This document shows, piece by piece, positions 38,822 to 53,383 of a stretch of DNA of 64,000 bases. The stretch is from Kudoa neothunni (Eukaryota; Animalia; Cnidaria), in assembly GCA_964304625.1 (NCBI GenBank), contig OZ199838.1, forward strand, positions 12,130,524-12,194,523, in the 5' to 3' direction. The notes beneath the pieces are model-generated. The model was not told where the DNA came from, made no database searches, and saw only the letters and a list, made by a program, of their open reading frames with translations. Both the position numbers and the translations under genes were made by a program. Every line of letters begins with the position of its first letter. Position 1 is the stretch's first letter.

Positions 38822-40551
38822 CTAAATAGTTGATGTGGACTTAGTTTTCGGCAATACAACACGAAAATCAGCCACAAGAGGTAGGTGATCAGATCCGTGA
38901 GCAACGTTGGGCAATGGGATGTTGATAGGTTCTGGAAGGGACGGAATTTTTAAAAATCCACATGGTTCAATATTAATTGTAGGTTTGTCATTATTATCAG
39001 TATTATTATTATTATTGTGGGAGCATCTTACACCATAATGGTTGGAATTTGGATTGTGATAAAATAAATAGTCTACTACATCAGCATTTTTACAATCTAC
39101 GCATGTGGTGAACATTGTAGAATTTTCTTCAAGAGGATACACACTTTGGAAGTTGAAATCGAACATTTGTACTAAATTAACAAAAATCATAGTAACAATT
39201 GTAAATTTATATATAGCTCAAAAATACATGATGAAGATGTTTTTTTGGCTGAACTATTAAGAGGATTGTTGAAAATAAGCCTGGAAGAAGAATTCGAAAT
39301 GCCAGATGAAGTGGTTGCGGTACTAGCAGTTGGGAACTGTTCACTCTCCACATGTTCATCCACGTATCCATCGATATGAGATTGTGGGGGTTGTTGGTTG
39401 ATTATAAGTTTGATAGGTATTGAATTGATTTTTGAATTAAAATCACCACATAATATAATAGGGATTTCTCCAATGAATCCATTATCTCGTAATCGTTTAA
39501 TTTCATTCAAAAGATATTCGGCTTGAATAGAGCGGTAGTAATCGTCTTTGGGGGAAAATTTCAAATGAGTAGATATTACTGCCAAACTTAACGGATTAGA
39601 CCTACTGCGTGGGGAGATGAGAATTTTAACAATTAATTGATGGATTGAAGAAACACAAAACTTACTCGTTTTGTTGATTGACGCCTGTTGCTGACTCGAA
39701 ATCGGCATTCGCCAAATCAGACTTCAATGTGAGAACAGCACACAAAGCTGTCTGTGTTCTCCAATTCATTGGCAATAGAGGAGCGATATCAATTCCATAG
39801 GAACCTTTCAGTTCAAACGTCTCATTTTTATAAAAAATTGCACAACCATCAGCTCTGGGATCGTTTTTCTGTTTATATACACTCCCGAAATCTATATGTG
39901 ATTGATTAGTTGTCACAATGTTATTGCTAGAAACAGATTTATCGCTGTTTTTTAGTACTTAGTTTATTAAAAATTGGCTTTAAACACTCATCATAATGAT
40001 ACAAAGTCACCTCTTGCAAGCATACAACCTATTTTTCAAATAACAGTAACATTATCAATAATTCAATCATAAAAATTTGTACTAATAATAAGGAACATAC
40101 ATCAGGCTTATGAACTAGAATCTCATCCAATATGCGGGGGTAAACGATAATTCCATGTCAGGTACAGTGGATGACATCTCTTATATAAATTACTGTTATT
40201 AAAAAGTGCATTGTCTGATAGAATGTTGAAGGAAACAATTCTAAAATTCTTTCCCACATTTCTAACATAACTAAAAACACTATTACATACAGCCACATTA
40301 CACAATTACCTAATCAAATTGTTCCATGAACGTTGAATCTATATATAGAAATAAATTAGAACAATTTGGCCGAAAAAATAAAGCTTGTCGTGCAATTTGA
40401 AAATTACCATCAGATCCAGTAGGTCTGCGAATACACAGGATCTTAACTTTACAAGAGCTTAGTGTTTATTGAGTTGAATCGACCGTTGCGCACTCAGATT
40501 ATCAATACTTAAATAAACAATCTGGGGGTGCACCCTTACATTGACGTTCAT
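38822..40551 (-). CDS. Angel homolog (CCR4/nocturnin-family EEP phosphatase); apparent 1-nt insertion at 40136-40140
   Basis: FRIVSFNILSDNALFNNSNLYKRC..LYLTWNYR, CLQE, DGCAIFYK, STHL, IILCGDFNS, VDYLFY, GSDHLPLVADF. The SxLYxxC..LxWxxR motif is Angel-type. Removing one C gives RLPRILDEILVHKPD. The start codon is tentative. Confidence 0.85.
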
Positions 40552-43500
40552 AATCAAAGAAAATAATGTATTGTCGACAGTGAACGACTTTATCAATTAT
40601 TGATGATGCAACTCTTCATTCTCAACAACAAAACACCATTGATCACGCTGTACTATATCCTCATTTTGTGTTTGGGGATTTGACGATAATTCAAATCAAT
40701 ACCATCCATTAATCTGAATTATCTCTAATAGATAAACTCAACTATTACCAATTGCGCTATCCTACTTTCGATACCCACTAAAGATATTATATGATTGTTT
40801 TTTTTTTGTAGGAATCTACAAAATGTATTAGGTTCGATTCGTTGGTGAATTGATAACGCCAATTTATCCAATATAGGTGTTATTTTCAAATTAACACCTT
40901 ATCAATTTAATCATATCATATGAATTGGCATAATCAAATTAATTAATAGTGTATAATTATTGTAATTTTTCTAATTAATAAAAATAATTTTTATTAATTA
41001 ACTAATTAAGATTATATTTTGATTCGATTGATCGACTCATTAATTTTATTGTTTTTATTTGCTTCACCTTATTAATTTAAGTGTAATTATGTGCTACCTT
41101 TAACACAAAGTGTGGATTTTCGGATAATTATCAATAAGCTGACCTGCTTATTTTTATCGAAGTAAATTATTCAGTTTGGCCGTAATAAGTGGTTTATTCG
41201 TTTTGATTGGGGTTTCGATTACCTTATTGTTAATTTAGAGATAGTTTCAGGTGCTTTAAACGTTTGTATCTTTATAGATTATAGTGCTATTTATAAATAA
41301 ATTTAAGTTTATTTTTCCCAGTTTTGTTGAGAGCCGGTTAAAAAATTATTCGAATATTTATTCTATATCGACAGGGGTTGTTTTTGAACGCACAATATTG
41401 CTAAGAAACTGTAATATATTGATGGTTATTTTCCTGAAAACGACCATTAAAGCTTTTTAAAATGAGATCGTAATTTCTGCGAATTATTATTTAAAATGAG
41501 TTAATCATATCAAATCTATTTAATTTTTAACTCGTATTAGTATGATTGATTACACAGGATATTTAATTAGTCGTAAATCACGGATCAAATATGTAAATTA
41601 TAAACAACATTGTGTATTCATTCGTTATTAAATTAGATAAGTATTTTAAAACCTAAACTATTGTATCGCAAAAAAGCATCATGTATGAAGTTTAATTGGA
41701 CTTTGCGTTATTTTTACATAATGAAGTTACAAATACTGCGATAAATAACACTCTATTGTTTTCGGGTTTATATAAAAAAATGCCTAAACTAAAATTGAAT
41801 TTTTTACTTCAGACAATATCAATTAATTTCTTTATTATAATATTTTAAAATAACGAAGAGCACCAGAGAAAAAATATAACCATTTTTTGTATGTGCATGC
41901 GCACAAAAATAAAGTTACAGTGACTTGTGGGGCGCGCGCAATTGTTTCTTTTTCATAACAAAGATTATGGATTTTGCGTAAACAGTTGGGTAAAAAATTT
42001 CAATTCTCTCCAAAAAGTTGAAATTATCAAAAAGTAGCGAATAAATCACACGCTAAATTTGAAACAATGAAGATCTTTGATGTAAAAATAAGATTTGCCT
42101 TGAATACTACTATAACTATATGGACTGGTTGTTTTAACATTGTAACGATTGTTCATTTCGAAAGTAATAAAAACTCTCAATAGGAGAAAATATGGATTTT
42201 GATCTCCGGGTGGAAGAGTGGACTGAACTGATGAGAGAAAAAAAGATAGAAGATTTTAAATCGTGTTCAATTACAAATTAATACAAATATTGAACTAAAT
42301 AAGCATGTTGGTTGGTCAAAATATAACCTAATTTTATAAATATTTTAATAATTGCATGAAATTTGGCGTTGCTGTGATCCTTTTAATATCTTTGTAAATA
42401 TATACTTTATTAAATTAACTAACAAAGTATACAGAAATAATAAATTTTTATTTGCGTAATTAATAAATTGTTTATAATTGAACATTATATATTTTTTTAA
42501 TGAATCAAGAGATTTTAACTATATTGTGTAAGAAGGCAAACTTCATATAAAAATACTCCTTTTTTATATTATATACTAAGGATATTATGTTGTGTATCCA
42601 ATAATAAAATTTGGTTTCCAGCTGCCCGAGAAAAGGAAAATTGCATTATTTAAAAATATACCTAATTTTTAAATTTTAATAGTCTTCAGTGTGTATAATT
42701 TAATGGGTGGTAGGTTATTACATTCTTCTAATCAAATGCCACGTTCAACAATAATATAGAGGAAAATTTAGCTAATTAATCAGTTTGAACTTTTTCTGGG
42801 GATTAAACACAAATATTAATGATAATTTAATATTTAATTTTACGCTTTTATTATATTTTATTCTGATCTAATTGCTAGATCAGACTACACACTATTGAAC
42901 TTTGCGTCTATAGGGCTGAGAATAATTTTTTAAAATAACTGGAAAAATAAAACGTAGGTTTTATTAACGAAAGTGTCTAATGAACTTTTGCAACTGCTTC
43001 TAAATTGTGGTGTGAGAACTCATCATTAATTGATGAAAAAAGTTTTCAAAACCAACATATCAAATTATCATGTAGTAAACTTTGAAAAAATGTCGGGGGA
43101 AGAATTATTTTGTTCAACTTCAAAAAGTTGTACTTATGAATAATTTCAATTATTAACTGATAACATAAAAGATTTTAAAATAATCCTTAGGTTTTCATCT
43201 AATTTAAAAAGGGCTAATCAAAATATACCATTTTCTTGAATTATTAAGATATTCTCTCTTCATCTTTGTTTTCGTTCGATCATCTAAATTAATTGAGAAA
43301 TTTGCGTTCACATTTATAGAGATATTATAAATCTGGTTCGAGTCAGGAAGTTGATTAATAACAAATTTTCTTAATCAAAAACTTTTTTTGTTTTTTATAA
43401 AATTATAAATATTAGAAATCATCTTACAAATAAATAATTAATTGGTATAATAGCTAAATTTAGGTAAGTATAACTACGTACATTATCATAAACGTAATTT

Positions 43501-44479
43501 GATGCTTGATAATAGACCAGTATTCCTTCATAATTCAGATTAAATTGTAACATTAGTATGCTTGGTTACTCCCAACTAGAATAAATCGTATTATACGTTG
43601 AAAATCGGAAGGTTGTTTGACTTGAATGCTCGTTGAAGAGATTAAGCTTAAAAAAGGTGCCAACCTTCGATTAGTTCTCTCTTTCACTAAAATAGTGCCT
43701 TTCGAGTTTTTTACTAGCACGCTAAAACTAAAAACTATAGGGGGATATTGGAATTGACTTTGGGACATGCGGAAATCAGCTCGGTTATCTATTCTATAAC
43801 TAAAAATGTTCTCTCAAAATGGTTTAATACTAATTTTGGATCAACAAGCCGAATTAAAGATATATGAATATTATTGCATTAAAAATACTCAATTCAATAG
43901 GTATTTTTTAATTTTAAATAAAAAAAACTAATTAATCGAACGTTTAACATAAAACTTTTGTCATTCCATATAACAATTCAAATTGAAACTTAAAGTAATT
44001 ATTCTTTTAATATATATCTTTTAGGATATGAATGATTTTAAATTAGAATATAAAACGCTGATCTAAGATAAAGTGAACATATTTAAACCTAAGGATCACC
44101 GTTTTCGATTCAAATCGATTTTAGTCGTCCTATTTTTCAAAAAGTTTCGACGTTTATTTTCCGAGAATATTTAAAATCTTCTTAAAAACTTGAAAGAGGT
44201 GTTAACCGGAGAAAAATTGATAGTTCACTCGTTGAATGGAACGACATAAAGGAGGTGGGAAATGAATTAGCCCCTAAAAATAGCAAAACGGAATTATCTC
44301 CACAAAAAATAGAATTTATAGGCGAAGAAACATACTTCGTTAATCCATTGTTTCAAGCTATTTCTCCGCCAGTTATTTTTTTAAAAGATAAAAAAGTGGT
44401 AAAACTGATAGAAATTTAGTTTCCTTTATTTCTATCGATGTTCTTTCGCTATCGCTATTTGATAAGGAAATTTTTGTTA

Positions 44480-45000
44480 GTCCTGTCTCAAACTGCATTA
44501 AGAAACCAATTTCACGCATTTCCGTGTGAAATTATTTCAGAAAAAAATGACATTTAATAATGATTAAGTTGCGTTTATAAAGGTTAATTAATTATATATT
44601 AATTTTTCAACGATCTATGAAATACTCTCCTTCTTATTATCGGTAGAATAAGACAGTTTCGTCTACACTGTAAATAAAATTTTCAGAGTATCTTTTAAAA
44701 AGTGTTCTGATTTGGTTGGTCTATTATGAAGTAGTTTCAGTTGTATCATCAACAGATTAGCTAATAAAATATGATTTTCAAATGTTGGACCTTTTTTAAA
44801 ACAACGAAACCCTCCACGAATTGCACATGAAGATAAACTTCTTTCATCAGCTAATTGATTTCTCTTGATGATTATCGTGACGACGCTTATTACAATCTTT
44901 TTGTTTCGTGCCCATCTAATCCATTCATATACATCTTCATCAATAGAATTCAATTGTCCTACGTGCAAATAATTTCTATTTTTAGATTCAAAAACATTTA
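44480..45000 (-). mobile_element. pogo/Tigger (CENP-B HTH) transposase remnant
   Basis: IDEDVYEWIRWARNKKIVIS..II.K (Tigger HTH) followed by IYSVDETV (N.DETG motif) at about 44650-44676. Confidence 0.7.
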
Positions 45001-45287
45001 TAGGTTTTGATTATTTTATTTTTCATCTCTAGGATGCCATTAGTAGTTGAGATAATAGGTATTTTAAAACATGATACAATGGTTGTTTTTGAGTCATTAA
45101 ATTGGAGATTTTCATAATAATAAGTAATATTGTACTGTTCGGTAATAGGTATAGTTATAGGAATTTTTTTGAATTAAATATTGACTTAACTAAACAATAA
45201 ACAAGAAGTACCCGCAAAAAAGTGCGTGACATTCATCAATCACGTGAGTTTTAGTTACATTATTTCGCAGCTTTTTATAATAATCTT

Positions 45288-47629
45288 GGTAATTATAAAG
45301 CTTGTGACACCTGAAAACACCCCTTTGCGCATCTTTTTTTTTGTTACTAATTTTTTACGATTCTTATTAATAAAATAAATAAATATAGAGAGCAAAAATT
45401 TAGCCCTACGTGTGATCTCACATTTGTTTACAAAAACTCGCCAGTTTCATTATTTATCACATATTTTGACATATTAAATCATTTAAATTATTTTTTAAGA
45501 TAATTATTTGGCCAAAAAGATAGTTTAAGTGCTCCTTATAATGGTGTTACATTTTACAAACTAAGCGAACCGAATTGCTCATATCCAATCGATGAAATGT
45601 AACTCTAATTGCGATTTGTTATGCTAAAACATGATGTTTAGTTTTTGATTTTTTTTAGTAAATTTATATTCACTGGATAAAGTTATTTGACTAAATTTGT
45701 TTGGAAATGCGATCATGAAAAATTTTAATATTATTTAGTTCTGAAAGTTGACATTTTAATCCGTCCATTGTCTTTAAAAAAAATTATGAACCGTTATATT
45801 TGTCAAAAAATAATCAATATAACACAATAGTTGTCAAAATATAAAACAGAAGATTTTTAAGGTTATGTAAATAATTCTAATAAAAATGACAACGTATCCT
45901 ACACAATTTTCTGCACTAGTCTATTTGAGTAAATATAAACAAATATGAAATGTTGAAAGAAAACATTTTATAATAGTATTTAATAACTGATTTTATGTAA
46001 ATATAAAATTATTCACGTATTAAAATTTGGCCTTAACTAAATTTAGAAAATGTTGTGTGGTACATGTTAGTTTATCTAATGAATTCTTAAATAACTAAAC
46101 TCTCATTATTGGAATAGTTTATTTATACATTAAGGTTAACATCGACTTTTTTAACATAGAAAAAAGACCAAAATATGAATATTTTCAAAAACAAATTACA
46201 ATAATCTTATTAAAACAAAGATAATTATTCTTAAAATGTTGTTAAGAAGATTTATTTCTTCACCCATGATAAATCGGTACCATTATTCAATAAGGTATTC
46301 CTCAATATTTGAGAATGATACCCTACGTTTTATGCGAAGAAATTTTGTTTTTAGCCTCCCCCAGCATCCTTTGATAGTATGTGTATGGGCACCATTCTGC
46401 ATGTATCCCTTCGAGTGGTTGACCTTAAAATGATCTTAGTCAAGCTCACGTATACCATCATAGACGGGGCCATTCGTCACTGGATATGGTTGAGCCTTTT
46501 TGGATTTCTCTTTCGATGATGGGCAAAAGTGTCGTCGAATTCTGCTTCTCTGTATAGAAGTACCTCATTTCTAGGATTGTCCTCTTTTCCAAGGACCGTC
46601 AACCCTTCCATCATGTTTTCCTCTTCTTAGTGCAGCATCTATCAAGTTAAAGAAATACGTTATATAAATAATTATATAAAATTCGAGATTTAATATCTGA
46701 CTTTAAAAATTCTTTATTTTTTCTTTTTCCATGGAGGAGGCATTCGTCAATTTCTACAATGAAATTTTCCTCACCAAGTTTGTTTTTATTCTCGAAGTGT
46801 GATTCGCAGAGTGCAGAGTTGTCGGATTTTTTTGAACCACGCTGAAACTGTAGGCACACTTAACTTATCTTTTTTTGTTGTAGTTAAAATAGTTTTATTC
46901 ATACACCAGCGATATAATATTTAAAAATTTTTTTTCAATGTTAGGTTCTGGGACGGACCGCGTATAAGAGAGTTTGAAAAAAATGTTCCATTTTAGTGGG
47001 AAAAAGTAGTTTTACCCCTATTGTTTTTAAAAGCAGCGACTTGAGATAAACTATTACTTTTTACATAAATATGTGAAAGGATAATCGACGTTATTTCTAT
47101 CATACGCGGACTGTTCGGTTATCGGCCTGACAATATTTAATTTGCGCTTTCTAAAGGTGGAGCAATCGAAATTCCTGCGATTGCTATAGCGAGTTGGAGC
47201 TTTGTGAAGATAACCTCTAGCAACAAGTATATGGAAGAAATTTTCGTAATCATTTATGAACAAATAAAAGTCATCATCGCCTTTAAAACTTAACGACTCC
47301 ATTTTGGATTAGCACGTGTTTTTATAACGCGGCATTAGAAAATCCGTTTATTTCTTAGTGTAAAAAAATAATTTATGTGACTTAATAAAACAAATATGTT
47401 AAAATATGTGACAAATAGTGAAACTGGCAAGTTTTTGTAAACAAAAGGGAGATTACACATGGGGACGATTTTGCTCGAAATGGGATTTGGTTAAAATTTA
47501 GAAGTTATTTCTTAGGGCTGAATTTTTGCCCTCCATATTTATTTATTTTATTAATAAGAATCGTAAAAAAATAGCGATAAAAAATGCACAAAGGGGTGTT
47601 TTTTGGGTGTCACAAGCTTTATAATTACC
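45288..47629 (-). mobile_element. Merlin (IS1595/ISXO2-like) DNA transposon, decayed, with long TIRs
   Basis: Roughly 180-bp imperfect inverted repeats begin GGTAATTATAAAGCTTGTGACACC and end GGTGTCACAAGCTTTATAATTACC. Degenerate 8-bp TSD ATAATCTT/ACAATTTT. Internal peptides LGEENFIVEIDECLLHGKRK and GAHTHTIKGCWGRLK. Confidence 0.88.
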
Positions 47630-48139
47630 ACAATTTTTATACAAATTTTGATTGAAATATTATAAGAAACGTATTATATAAACAATGACCAATAAACAGT
47701 CTAATTAAATAGGTTTTTAAAAGTGTGTGGAATTGGTTACTTATTGTCTTTTAAATTTAAGGTGCTCCAACACGTAGGTATGCGCATTGCTAAACCAACC
47801 AAAATAAACGCCGAATTTTTTAAGCAAAAACGTCGACCCCTCTTTGTAATGATGTAATCGAAAAAAATTTCCACCAGATATTTCATCAGTTGTTACAAAT
47901 TCTCCCTTAAAGAAAATTTAATAAAATGAATGTATAACGTAACAGGTTGGATTATTATTGATTTGGCGAATAAAAACATCAACAAATAAAAATACATTTA
48001 GATATCACTAAATAATATCACATTCAAACAAAAAACTTGATTTAATAATACGCTTTTCAGCTTATCTGAACCGGCAACACACTCTAAACACATAATCGGG
48101 AACCTACGCTATACTTCGTGTCTGGCGGTGACCTGTCTA

Positions 48140-50836
48140 ATGGCTACAACTGACGCTGGTGGAACAAAGCGCATAGCTTATTATTATGATCGTAATTGGA
48201 TATTCTATGAGTGGTGAAGTCGAATACTGAATTTCCCTGTCTAGAAATAGTTGGAAACTATTACTACGGCCATGGCCATCCAATGAAACCTCATCGAATG
48301 AGAATGGCTCATAGTTTGATATTGAATTATGGTCTTTTGCGTTTAATGGAATATTATGTGATTGAATTTGGTCGAATATCGTCATAAATAACCGTATTTT
48401 TCGTTGTATAGAAACCAAGAGAGGCCACATTCGAAGAGATGACCGTCTACCACACCGATGAATACATCAACTTTTTGAGATGTGTGAATCATCAAACTAA
48501 GAATGAAGCAATTAAATATTCATCCAAATGTATTTACTAGATTGTGTGTTGGATTGGATCATGTTGATTTAGTTAATGTGGGTGAGGATTGTCCTATTTT
48601 CCCCGGGATCTATGATTTCTGTAAGATATCAGCAGGTGGTTCGATCTGTATGCTCATGATGTTTCTTGTATTTTTTTGTAAAAGTGGATTTTTATTAGCT
48701 GCTGCAATCAAAATGAATCGCCAAGAAAGCGATATTGTTATCAATTGGTCTGGCGGTTTACATCATGCCAAAAAGACAGAGCCTTCCGGATTCTGTTATG
48801 TGAATGACATAGTTTTGGCCATACTGGAACTACTTAAATACCACGAGCGTGTTCTCTACATAGATATTGATGTACATCATGGTGATGGCGTGGAAGAAGC
48901 ATTTTATACTACCAATCGAGTTATGACGTTATCTTTCCACAAATATGGTGATTATTTCCCCGGAACTGGTGATATTAAAGTAATTGACTGATTAAATTGT
49001 CCTCCGCCAACAAACAGATAAATAATGATATTCATTTTATCTCAATAGGATATCGGTTATAAGGATGGAAAATATTATGCACTAAATTTCCCTCTTAAAG
49101 ATGGCATGGATGATGAGTCATATTCGCTGGTGTTCAAACCGGTAATTTCTATAAGTACCTGATTCACAGTTTACGTTGGTTTAAAAATAAGATGGTTGAA
49201 CGAGTGATTCAGTGTTTCCGTCCTTCTGCTATTATTCTTCAATGTGGAGCTGATTCACTGACTGGCGATCGTCTCGGCTCTTTCAATCTCTCCATTAATG
49301 GTATTGAGCTTTGATATTCAATCAAAAGATAGTAATTTTAATTGATGTATATATTAGGTCATGCCGCCTGCGTCGATTATATTAAAAGCTTCAACATACC
49401 AATGATGTTGCTTGGTGGTGGTGGATATACCATTCGAAATGTTTCCAGATGTTGGGCTAAAGAAACTGCGGTCGCATTAGGTGTGGAAGTTTCAGATTCA
49501 CTTCCTTATACCGACTATTACGAGTATTATGGTCCCGACTTCAAACTCAACATTATTCCTACGAATCAACCCAATATGAATACTGGCGAATATCTAGAAA
49601 AGATGAAGTAATGACGTTGTAATTGTTGGTACATTGATTTACGTTACGTGTAGAATTCATTTGTTTGAAAATTTACGCATGATTCCTCACGCTCCGAATG
49701 TGCAATCTATTCGTACGCACCTCTCCACTCTCGCTTATTTTATCTATTGTAACTTAGCTATTCCACCTGACGCCCTCAACTACAACGTTTGTGATGATAT
49801 TCGCGATTCTCGCCTTAATCCTGACCGTAGAGTTTCAAGTGAGTGAATTTTTTACTCTCGATGCTTATATGTATTATCTGTGATTCCAGTTATGGATCCT
49901 GACATGAGGGCCCATAGAAAGAATGAATATTATGATAAGGATTCTGATGATGAACTCGACCCCATTAATGCCAAACCACCCAGAATGTTGGCTGATGATG
50001 TGATGCATTTTGCCTCGCAGGATCCTGCTTTCAATAACAACCCCGTTGTTGACTCCAATGCTCTTATCAGTGTGGACACCAATGAGGATACCAACGACGA
50101 ATACATGAATGATGAAACTAACGAAATCGGTCAGTTTTTTTGGTTTAATCCTACTTTATTTTGCTCTATTTTCTAATTTTATGATGCAATAGCCGTGGTA
50201 AAATCACCAGACCATGAAAACGCGGCTACCCTCTGTATTGCCAATTCTAGCTTATAGTTTATTTATCCGTGGATTTTTTAGCAGTTGGATCAATCGATGT
50301 AAATGAACGAAAACGAAAGCTTCAAGAGTTTGAAGAAGTAGATATGGATAGAGATTCGAGTGAACCTATGGGTGCTCAATCGACCATGAATGGAAATATT
50401 GAAGAAAGGGAGTTGGCGTCAGCGTCAGCTTCAGAAAAAGATGATGATTTGTCCATCATTCCTATATCATCCAGCTATCCACAACCTTCCCGTACTTATT
50501 TATTTATTCCATTACCATCAGTATTTGAATGTACCGCTATTGGATGTAGGTGATGAGGGGTACATCGAAGTGCGTAACAATGTTGAAATCAATCTGTCGG
50601 AAGTGGACCACCCATCCACAGTTGGAGCAACGAATCTGATGGATTCGTCGCCACTCTCTGAGAATGCTGACCAAGATTTCAAAGCAGCAGCCGAAGTCAA
50701 AATTGTTTCTTCAACTGATCAAGGTATTTTTAAATTGTTGTTTACTTATTTATTCATCATAAAAATTGCAGATGACATTGCTCAAGAAGGTTCCGAATCT
50801 AAAACTGATACGGCTTCTTCCCCAACGGAAAAGTAG
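48140..50836 (+). CDS. HDAC1: class I histone deacetylase (HDAC1/2, Rpd3) with long acidic tail
   Basis: KRIAYYYD|[75 protein letters not shown]; about 50-nt GT-AG introns (first 48192-48244). The 3' exon structure is less certain. Confidence 0.95.
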
Positions 50837-51286
50837 AAATTCAAATAATTGCTGTAATCCAAAACTTCCGCTTGAATATATTTGCAATACATGTTTTATT
50901 TGACTTTTCAACAACTATTTAATCGTAGTGTTGATTCGCTCCTTTAAATTTTGTAATTAAATTCTGTGATTAATTACTGCTATTGTATGATTTATCTGAT
51001 ATCGTAGAAACGTTTATTGTGTGTGAGCGCGTTTGTATTTGGGTGTTGCGAATGAATACAATTACGATTAATGAGTTATATAAGATTTCTTGTGCTCAGA
51101 TAGACCTTTCGTCTATATGAGTACCAATTTTATCTGGTAGTGTCTTTCTAATACGTACAAATCTAACTGGATATGTGTTGTTTAGATTATATTTAAAATA
51201 TGAAGAGGAGTTGTTACAATTTTTTTGATTTTGAAAAATGTCTGGATGTTGAACTTTTTTACATGTACCTGATTACAATACATTTA

Positions 51287-51491
51287 CTGGCTAGTCTGGT
51301 ATAGTGCAGCCGACTGGCGCCATCGCCGATGGGTAGATGATGCGATTTTACTTATTAGAACGCGAACTTAGAGGTTTCGAGTTAGTACCATTCCATGGTA
51401 GGTTGCTGTTTGCGACGACTGATAGGCGGCACGTGTAACATGCTATGGATTATGTATCGTGAGGTTGTGAGATCGAATCCGGTCTGGTCAG
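51287..51491 (+). ncRNA. candidate Pol III-type structured RNA or tRNA-derived SINE head
   Basis: GC-richer island with an A-box-like TAGTCTGGT at the 5' end and a B-box-like GAGATCGAATCC near the 3' end. Ends 51287-51299 and 51479-51491 can pair (12/13 with G-U). No oligo-T terminator. Confidence 0.3.
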
Positions 51492-53383
51492 GCATCTTCT
51501 GTGTTATCCGACCCTATTCCCTAATACTAGTTGTGGCAATGAAAAGGGTGCGATTAAAAGTTATAATCAATGGGGAATTATTTGGTAAATGAAATAGGAA
51601 GTGGCTAATGGCACAGATCATGATATTCATGAGTGTAGTTGTTTATTTTTGGTTAATCATACCCATGACCACCCTTAGAAGTCTAAAATAAATAATCACA
51701 ATAGATTTGAAAAAAATAAAGTTTCAATGTCAATTTTAATTAGGAGTTTCTGAGATTAAAAGTATGCTTTAAGTAACCTTTAAGGGCCAACGCTATTGCA
51801 TTTTATTAAAGCAGGATTTCGGGTGGTGTTCCCCCTAAGACGAAGTTGATTACCGGGCTACGAATCAATGAATTTTCGGGGGATTAGACGAGGGGTTTTA
51901 TCTTGAAAGTATAAAAAATCTTCGGCTGTATGAGAGAGATCTTAACTTATTCTCTTTACGAATTGAAAAATAAGATCATGTTTGGGACAACCGATATTAT
52001 TGGGTTTTCGAGCCATTTCGTCATGTGTTTATAAATAGTCGATTTTATAGAAAATTTTCGTATTTGTGCGCATATAACTAAAATATTGAAAATGAGCAAT
52101 AATTCTTCTAAATGCTTAATTATTAAATAAAAATAACGAGAAGCAAGTGTTTTCAAGTCAAAAATAAGACTTTCTGACGCACTAAGAGAATAATTTCAGC
52201 AAATTGGAAAATTATGTGCTTAAGGGACAATCCTGAAACGAATCCAAATTTTTAACTTAAATTTATGCTAGATTTAGAACCATTTCACCTGTTGATTGTC
52301 TCGGATATTGCAAGAAAATGCTCAGTTATCTCGTAAGATGCCTAAATAAAGATATTTAATTAGTTTAGTTTATATTTTTGATGTTTTAAATAAAGATTTA
52401 ATGTTTTTATTAAATCACGAATTAGTTTAAAAAATAAATTATAACTCAATGGAGATCCAACGTTAAGTAGAGTTTTATCACGGTAAGATTTGATTAGTCT
52501 CTAAGTCTGAAATTTAATAGTGATTATTTTTGGGGAAAACACAGACGCTTAGATTTAGAGGCTAACCTATAAATCTTGGTTGTTAACGGCAATTTTTGGG
52601 ATGCTATCTGCGTCAGTCATTAATTTAGTCGTTGGGCTCTTAAAATAAAAATTCTTCCGTTCATTGAAAATTATTTTACCTAAATATTATTTAATTCATT
52701 CTACATATTTTAATCACTAGTTTAAGTTGTATTTATTTTTAGATAGATTATTTCAATAATTTCAATAAACGTTTATGTAAAGATTAGTTCGATATTAAGC
52801 TATATATCGAATATTAATTTTGATAATTATTTCAGATAAAAAAATACTTGTTTATAAATAAAAACTGTCCGATACATGATTAGATATCATCGATCTAGTT
52901 GAGAAATCAAACTAGTTTAAGGTTTTATAAATTTTTAATGGGTAAAAATTTTCAGATATCTTCTAAATGTGTATAGTATAATTTAAGGAATATTTTGGCT
53001 TATTAAATAAACAGTTAAAATTACAAAGTCTTATAATGACGTGCATTACATACTTTATGGATAGGTTAATAGAAATTTCATTTATCAAAAAAATGTAGTA
53101 AAGTACAAAAGTATAGCATGGTAAAAATAAAGAATTTGTAGCAGACAAATCACGTAGTTTGAACAAATTTTTTACTTTAATTAGTTTATGTTTAAATTAT
53201 TTAATATATCTATGTATTATCCAAGCATATAATACAAAGATGAAATTTTATTAGTATTTACTTTAAGCTAAAAAATTAAGTGGTTCAAAATGAATCATAT
53301 TATTGCTTAACGGATATAGATTCATTGAAAAAATTGAAAGTCAGTTGGAAAGGGTTAAAGTCGTGGTAATATGAAGTGAATTT

